Source of the DNA: Haliotis rubra
Taxonomy: Eukaryota
Length of the DNA: 64,000 nucleotides
Assembly: GCF_003918875.1 (NCBI RefSeq)
Contig: NW_025767446.1
Span: forward strand, 310,001 to 374,000
Reading direction: 5' to 3'
Made by a program: the position numbers and the translations under genes. A model generated the notes under the pieces. The model saw only the letters and a program-made list of their open reading frames with translations, had not been told where the DNA came from and searched no databases. Within the stretch, counting starts at the first letter, position 1; each line of letters begins with the position of its first letter. This document shows positions 55,720-64,000 of this stretch, one piece after another.

Positions 55720-57240
55720 AAGATAGATTAGTTTAATATTTTACATCATTGATACTTACTACACAGACAATGAATGCCAAATGTATATTTAAAAAGCTTT
55801 GACCCGAAACAATGTTGAAATGTGTCACAAGACATAAGTGTGAACAAGGATATATTTGATCTTTTCTTCAAAAAATACTTACTTGCCTACCTGGTCGACG
55901 GTCATAAAAGTAAAGGTGAAGAATGGATTACTGCACAGATTAGGACTGGGTGAGTGTAGTTTTACGCTACGTTTTTAAAATATTCAAGCAATTTCATATT
56001 AGGGACAACAAATATGGACTTCTCACATTGTACCCATATGGGAAATCGATCAGAGTCGTTTTCTGCGTGACGAGCGAACGTTTTAACCACAAGGTTACCC
56101 CCAGCGCCCCCGCAGGTTATGGATGTAAAAAGAATATGCAGGGTCGTGAAAAACATGATGTAACCTGAATATCAAGCCGAAAAGTTTGCAATACTTTACC
56201 AGCAGGTGGTCCCAGTCGGCCAGTACACTGCCCCAAAGTGACCATGCGGGATTTGCTCTGTCTGAGAACTACCTACTGAAGGAATACATGGTGGGTAAAC
56301 ACTAAGTTACGCCATCTCTATGACAGCATCATACAGGGCATGCATGAGGGGTCCCTATCTACCATACCACCTAAAATCCACCAGTCAAGTGCAGTCAGCA
56401 TTTTGCCTACTTGGGGATGCTGAGAAAGACTGGGAGGCACAGAGTGTAGCGACCCTAACTAGCTGGTCTGTTGCTGCAACAACCATCCTGACTGGACAGC
56501 CAGGCCCTAGCACCGAACCTCCTCCAAAGTACAGTCGGCGGGGACCTACGCGGAAGCCGAGAGACTATGGAGCCACCATTAGACAAAAACCCATCCCACC
56601 GGTCTCTCGGAAAAGCAGTGTACTGAAGTCCGTGTAGAAGAGGGATGGAGGGAGTCAACACCAAATCCAGACTGTGCCAGGGTTCCTGCGTCTGAAAGAG
56701 ATGAGTCATGCATAAGCATCAGGAATCACACTTCTCACATGTAGATTTGTTTCATAACAGTGCGGTTTTAGGTCGCGTTTAGCAATAATCCAACGGGGGA
56801 GTTTAGAAGTGGGCGGGGGTCACACATAGTAGCTATTTTTGGAATCGAACCGTGGCCCTCGGCATGGCGAGTCAACAATTCAACCACAAGGCTTCACCAC
56901 ATCCTCGTTTATATGCAGGAAATAGTACCGACATATACTGGGGCATTAAAAACAACAAACCTCTTTACCTGTTGCAGCTTTGGGCCAGGCAATTGATGTA
57001 TTATGCCATATATTGTATGTATGTCTTCACCTCTACGTACAGTTTGAATGGTACACCCGTGGTTGCTGAAAACACTGCTGAATTAGTGTGATCTGCCAAT
57101 GTACTTACACATGTATTTTGATAATGTTAAGATAAGAATCTTAAGTCCAGATATACGGTGACCACTTTTCTCAGCAGATCAAACTCGCCATCCACAATTC
57201 CTAACCTTGTCCAAATGGTTCTTTAACAAAAAAAAGAGTT
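55720..57240. repeat. ~1.5-kb spacer duplicated at ~62350-63890 (offset ~6630 bp); contains two SINE family 1 relics
   Basis: Near-identical sequence, for example 56320-56637 vs 62950-63267. Confidence 0.95.
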
Positions 57241-60200
57241 TGAAGAACTTGCCTCCTTGGTCTGCTGTTTGGCAGTGGTTCTGCCTCCAGAAGAGTCCTT
57301 GGTCCACGTCTATCCATGGAATGTCTTCTCGGCAGCCGTCCTGCCTCTGGGGAACTTCAAAGTCCAATTCCGCCCCCCTGGACGATGGCGTCCACGGTCC
57401 TAACAGTAAAGGTAAAAATTATTTTAATATTTCACATCATTGATACTTACTACACAGATAATGAATGCCCGATATATATGCTGAATCGTGAAAAACGATT
57501 CAACCTGAAACACAAGATTTAATGTTGCAAAAGACATTAGCGTGGAGACAACAAGGATGTATTTTATATTTTCCTCAAAAGATTGTTTGAAGAACTTGCC
57601 TCCCTGGTCCTCTGTCTGCTTTATGGCAGTCTTCCTGCCTCCAGAAGAGTCCTTGGTACACGTCTGTCCATGGAATGTCTTCTTGGCAGTCGTCCTGCCT
57701 CTGGGGGACTTCAAGGTCCGATTCTACCCCCTGGATGATGGCCTCTACAGTCCTAATCGTGAAAGTAAAGAATATTTAAATATTACACATCATTAATACT
57801 TACTACACAGATAATGTATGCCAAATGTATATCCTAAATGGTGAAAAACAATTCAACCTGAAACACAAGATGTAATGTTGCAAAAGACATAAGCGTGGAC
57901 AGAACAAGGATATATTTTATCTTTTCGTAAAAAGATTGTTTGAAGAACTTGCCTCCCTGGTCTTCTGTCTGCTTTTTGGCAGTCGTCCTGCCTCCAGAAG
58001 AGTCCTTGGTCCACCTCTGTCCATGGAATGTCTTCTTGGCAGTCGTCCTGCCTCTGGGGGACTTCAAGGTCCAATTCTGCCCCCAGGATCATGGCCTCCA
58101 CGGTCCTAATAGTAAAGGTAAAAAATATTTTAATATTACACATCATTGATACTTACTACACAGATAATGAAAGCCCGATATATATGCTGAATCGTAAAAA
58201 ACGATTCAACCTGAAACACAAGATTTAATGTTGCAAAAGACATTTGCGTGGACAGAACAAGGATATATTATATCTTTTCCTCAAAAGATTGTTTGAAGAA
58301 CTTGCCTCCCTGGTCCTCTGTCTGCTTTTTGGCAGTCGTCCTCCCTCCAAAAGAGTCCTTGGTCCACTTCTGTCAATGCAATGTCTTCTTGGCAGTCGTC
58401 CTGCCTCTGGGGGACGTCAAGGTCCAATTCTGCCCACAGGACGATCTCCTTCACGGTTCTAATAGTAAAGGTAAAGAACATTTAATTAATTCACATCATT
58501 CATAGTTACTACACAGATAATGAATGCCAAATGTATATCCTAAATCGTGAAAAACGATTTAACCTGAAACACAAGATTTAATGTTGCAAAAGACATTAGC
58601 GTGGACAGAACAAGGATATATTTTATCTTTTCCTCAAAAGTTTGTTTGAAGAACTTGCCTCACTTGTCCTCTGTCTGCTTTTTGGCAGTCGTCCTCCCTC
58701 CAGAAGAGTCCTTGGTCCACGTCTATCAATGCAATGTCTTCTTGGCAGTTGTCCTGCCTCTGGGGGACTTCAAGGTCCAATTCTGCCCCCAGGACGATTG
58801 CCTCCACAGTCCTAATAGTGAAAGTAAAGAATATTTTAATATTACACTTCATTAAAACTTACTACACAGATAATGAATGCCAAATGTATATCCTAAATCG
58901 TGAAAAACGACTCAACCTGAAACACAAGATGTAATGTTGCAAAAGATATTAGCGTGGACAGAACAAGGATATATTTTATCTTTTCCTCAAAAGACTGTTT
59001 GAAGAACTTGCCTCCCTGGTCCTCTGTCTGCTTTTTGGCAGTCGTCCTGCCTCCAAAAGAGTCCTTGGTCCATTTCTGTCAATGGAATGTCCTCTTGGCA
59101 GTCGTCCTGCCTCAGGGGGACTTCAAGGTCCAATTCCGCCCCAGGGACGATGGCGTCCACGGTCCTAATAGTAAAGGTAAAGAATATTTTAATATTTCAC
59201 ATCATTAATACTTACTACACAGATAATGAATGCCCGATATATATGCTGAATCGTGAAAAACGATTCAACCTGAAACACAAGATGTAATGTTGCAAAAGAC
59301 ATAAGCGTGGACAGAACAAGGATATATTTTATCTTTTCGTAAAAAGATTGTTTGAAGAACTTGCCTCCCTGGTCTTCTGTCTGCTTTTTGGCAGTCGTCC
59401 TGCCTCCAGAAGAGTCCTTGGTCCACGTCTGTCCATGGAATGTCTTCTTGGCAGTCGTCCTGCCTCTGGGGGACTTCAAGGTCCAATTCTGCCCCCGGGA
59501 TCATGGCCTCCACGGTCCTAATAGTAAAGGTAAAAAATATTTTAATATTACATATCATTGATACTTACTACACAGATAATGAAAGCCCGATATATATGCT
59601 GAATCGTGAAAAACGATTCAACCTGAAACACAAGATTTAATGTTGCAAAAGACATTTGCGTGGACAGAACAAGGATATATTATATCTTTTCCTCAAAAGA
59701 TTGTTTGAAGAACTTGCCTCCCTGGTCCTCTGTCTGCTTTTTGGCAGTCGTCCTCCCTCCAAAAGAGTCCTTGGTCCACTTCTGTCAATGCAATGTCTTC
59801 TTGGCAGTCGTCCTGCCTCTGGGGGACGTCAAGGTCCAATTCTGCCCACAGGACGATCTCCTTCACGGTTCTAATAGTAAAGGTAAAGAATATTTAAATA
59901 ATTCACATCATTCATAGTTACTACACAGATAATGAATGCCAAATGTATATCCTAAATCGTGAAAAACGATTTAACCTGAAACACAAGATTTAATGTTGCA
60001 AAAGACATTAGCGTGGACAGAACAAGGATATATTTTATCTTTTCCTCAAAAGTTTGTTTGAAGAACTTGCCTCACTTGTCCTCTGTCTGCTTTTTGGCAG
60101 TCGTCCTCCCTCCAAAAGAGTCCTTGGTCCACTTCTGTCAATGCAATGTCTTCTTGGCAGTCGTCCTGCCTCTGGGGGACGTCAAGGTCCAATTCTGCCC

Positions 60201-62350
60201 ACAGGACGATCTCCTTCACGGTTCTAATAGTAAAGGTAAAGAATATTTAAATAATTCACATCATTCATAGTTACTACACAGATAATGAATGCCAAATGTA
60301 TATCCTAAATCGTGAAAAAAGATTTAACCTGAAACACAAGATTTAATGTTGCAAAAGACATTAACGTGGACAGAACAAGGATATATTTTATCTTTTCCTC
60401 AAAAGTTTGTTTGAAGAACTTGCCTCATTTGTCCTCTGTCTGCTTTTTGGCAGTCGTCCTGCCTCCAGAAGAGTCCTTGGTCCACGTCTATCAATGCAAT
60501 GTCTTCTTGGCAGTTGTCCTGCCTCTGGGGGACTTGAAGGTCCAATTCTGCCCCCAGGACGATTGCCTCCACAGTCCTAATAGTGAAAGTAAAGTATATT
60601 TTAATATTACACTTCATTAAAACTTACTACACAGATAATGAATGCCAAATGTATGTCCTAAATCGTGAAAAACGATTCAACCTGAAACACATGATGTAAT
60701 GTTGCAAAAGACATTAGCGTGGACAGAACAAGGATATATTTTATCTTTTCCTCAAAAGACTGTTTGAAGAACTTGCCTCCCTGGTCCTCTGTCTGCTTTT
60801 TGGCAGTCGTCCTGCCTCCAAAAGAGTCCTTGGTCCATTTCTGTCAATGGAATGTCTTCTTGGCAGTCGTCCTGCCTCTGGGGGACTTCAAGGTCCAATT
60901 CCGCCCCAGGGACGATGGCGTCCACGGTCCTAATAGTAAAGGTAAAGAATATTTTAATATTTCACATCATTAATACTTACTACACAGATAATGAATGCCC
61001 GATATATATGCTGAATCGTGAAAAACGACTCAACCTGAAACACAAGATGTAATGTTGCAAAAGATATTAGCGTGGACAGAACAAGGATATATTATATCTT
61101 TTCCTCAAAAGATTGTTTGAAGAACTAGCCTCCCTGGACCTCTGTCTGCTTTATGGCAGTCGTCCTGCCTCCAGAAGAGTCCTTGGTCAACTTCTGTCAA
61201 TGGAATGTCTTCTTGGCAGTTCTCCTACCTCTGGGGGACGTCAAGGTCCAATTCTGCCCCCAGGACGATGGCGTCCACGAGTCCTAATAGTGAAAGTAAA
61301 GAATATTTTAATATTTCACATCATTAATACTTACTACACAGATAGTGAATGCCAAATGTATATCCTAAATGGTGAAAAACGATTCAACCTGAAACACATG
61401 ATGTAATGTTGCAAAAGATATTAACGTGGACAGAACAAGGATATATTTTATCTTTTCCTCAAAAGATTGTTTGAAGAACTTGCCTCCCTGGTCCTCTGTC
61501 TGCTTTTTGGCAGTCGTCCTGCCTCCAAAAGAGTCCTTGGTCCACTTCTGTCAATGGAATGTCTTCTTGGCAGTCGTCCTGCCTCTGGGGGACTTCAAGG
61601 TCCACTTCTGCCCCCGGGACGATGGCCTCCACGGTCCTAATAGTAAAGGTAAAGAATATTTTAATATTTCTCATCATTAATACTTACAACATAGATAATG
61701 ACTGCCCGATATATATGCTGAATCGTGAAAAACGATTCAACCTGAAACACAAGATTTAATGTTGCAAAAGACATTAGCGTGGACAGAACAAGGATATATT
61801 ACATCTTTTCCTCAAAAGATTGTTTGAAGAACTTGCCTCCCTGGTCCTCTGTCTGTTTATGGCAGTCCTCCTGCCTCCAGAAGAGTCCTTGGTCCACTTC
61901 TGTCCATGTAATGTTTTCTTGGCAGTTGTCCTGCCTCTGGGGCACTTCAAGGTCCAATTTTGCCCACAGGACGCTGGCCTCGACAGTCCTAATAGTGAAA
62001 GTAAAGAATATTTTAATATTACACATCATTAAGACTGACTACACAGATAATAAATGCCAAATGTATATCCTAAATGGTGAAAAACGATTCAATCTGAAAC
62101 ACAAGATGTAATGTTGCAAAAGACATTAGCGTGGACAGAACAAGGATATGTTATATCTTGTCCTCAAAAGATTGTTTGAAGAACTTGCCTCCCTGGTCCT
62201 CTGTCTACTTTTTTGGCAGTCGTCCTGCCTCCAAAAGAGTCCTTGGTCCACTTCTGTCCATGGAATGTCTTCTTGGCAGTCGTCCTGCCTCTGGGGGACT
62301 TCAAGGTCCAATTCTGCCCCCAGGACGATGTCGTCCACGGTCCTAATAGT
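57240..62350. repeat. 353-bp tandem array, about 15 units (diverged outlying units at ~55370-55720 and from ~63900)
   Basis: The anchor gtggacagaacaagg occurs at 57895, 58248, 58601, 58954, 59307, 59660, 60013, 60366, ~60719, ~61072, 61426, 61779 and 62131. Confidence 0.98.
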
Positions 62351-64000
62351 AAAGATAGATTAGTTTAATATTTTACATCATTGATACTTACTACACAGAC
62401 AATGAATGCCAAATGTATATTTAAGAAGCTTTGACCCGAAACAATGTTGAAATGGGTCTCAAGACATTAGCGTGAACAAGGATATATTTGATCTTTTCTT
62501 CAAAACATAATACTTGCCTACCTGGTCGACGATCATAAAAGTAAAGGTGAAGAATGGATTACTGCACAGATTAGGACTGGGTAAGTGTAGTTTTACGCTA
62601 CTTTTTTAAAATATTCCAGCCATTTCACATTGGGGACACCAAATATGGACTTCTCACATTGTACCCATATGGGAAATCGAGCAGGGTTGGTTTCTGCGTG
62701 ACGAGCGAACGCTTTAACCAAAAGGTTACCCCCACCGCCCCCGCAGGTTATGGATGTAAAAAGAATATGCAGGGTCGTGAAAACAAGATGTAACCTGTAT
62801 ATCGAACTGAAATATTGCAATACTTTACCAGCAGGTGGTCGCAGTCGGCCAATACACTGCCCCCAAAGTGACCTTGCGGGATTTGCTTTGTCTGAGAACT
62901 ACCTACTGAAGGAATATATGGTGGGTAAACACTAAGTTACGCCATCTCTATGACAGCATCATACAGGGCATGCATGAGGGGTCCCTATCTACCATACCAC
63001 CTAAAATCTACCAGTCAAGTGCAGTCAGCATTTTGCCTACTGGGGGATGCTGAGAAAGACTGGGAGGCACAGAGTGTAGCGACCCTAACTAGCTGGTCTG
63101 TTGCTGCAACAACCATCCTGACTGGACAGCCAGGCCCTAGCACCGAACCTCCTCCAAAGTACAGTCGGCGGGGACCTACGCGGAAGCCGAGAGACTATGG
63201 AGCCACCATTAGACAAAAACCCATCCCACCGGTCTCTCGGAAAAGCAGTGTACTGAAGTCCGTGTAGAAGAGGGATGGAGGAGTCAACACCAAATCCAGA
63301 GTGTGCCAGGGTTCCTGCGTCTGAAAGAGATGAGTCATGCATAAGCATCAGGAATCACACTTCTCACATGTAGATTTGTTTAATAACAGTGAGTGAGTGT
63401 GGTTTTATGCCGCTTTTAGCAATAATCCAACGGGGGAGATTAGAAGTGGGCGGGGGTCACACATAGTAGCTATTTTTGGAATCGAACCGTGGCCCTCGGC
63501 ATGGCGAGTCAACAATTCAACCACAAGGCTTCACCACATCCTCGTTTATATGCAGGAAATAGTACCGACATATACTGGGAGAAAATATTGCTGAGTGGGG
63601 CATTAAAAACAACAAACCTCTTTACCTGTTACACCTTTGGGCCAGGCAATTGATGTATTATGCCACATATTGTATGTATGTCTTCACCTCTACGTACAGT
63701 TTGAATGGTACACCCGTGGTTGCTGAAAATACTGCTGAATTAGTGTGATCTGCCAATGTACTTACACATGTATTTTGTTAATGTTAAGATAAGAATCTTA
63801 AGTCCAGATATACGGTGACCACTTTTCTCAGCAGATCTAACTCGCCATCCACCATTCCCAACCTTGTCAAAATGGTTCTTTACTTTGAAGAAAAAAATGT
63901 GCACGATACATACATAAGACATTAGCGTGAACAAGAATATTTTTAACAAAAAAAGAGTTTGAAAAACTTGCCTCCCTGGTCCTCTGTCGGCTTCTTCGCA

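Overview
AT-rich animal genomic DNA with one 134-N assembly gap (29795-29928). The SINE families look like those I associate with gastropods such as abalone (inference, not verified). I see no intact, recognisable protein-coding gene, rRNA, tRNA or CRISPR array, and most listed ORFs are read-throughs of repeats. Interspersed repeats: two abundant SINE families sharing a 3' tail, 3' LINE fragments (L1/Tx1-like and CR1-group), a Tc1 transposase relic, a TTAA-flanked Kolobok-like element with a decayed THAP domain, and MITEs. Structural repeats: a ~5.6/6.2-kb segmental duplication (14.6-20.2 kb vs 22.65-28.85 kb), whose second copy carries a Polinton/Maverick-type integrase fragment, and several satellites. 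The most unusual structure is 50.7-64 kb. There a 353-bp tandem array has units shaped like a 153-nt exon plus 200-nt GC-AG intron on the minus strand. It runs into a ~4.6-kb spacer-free modular repeat built from a 30-bp monomer reading like a histone H3-tail motif (TAKKTSGG). Coordinates were read by eye and degenerate boundaries are approximate.
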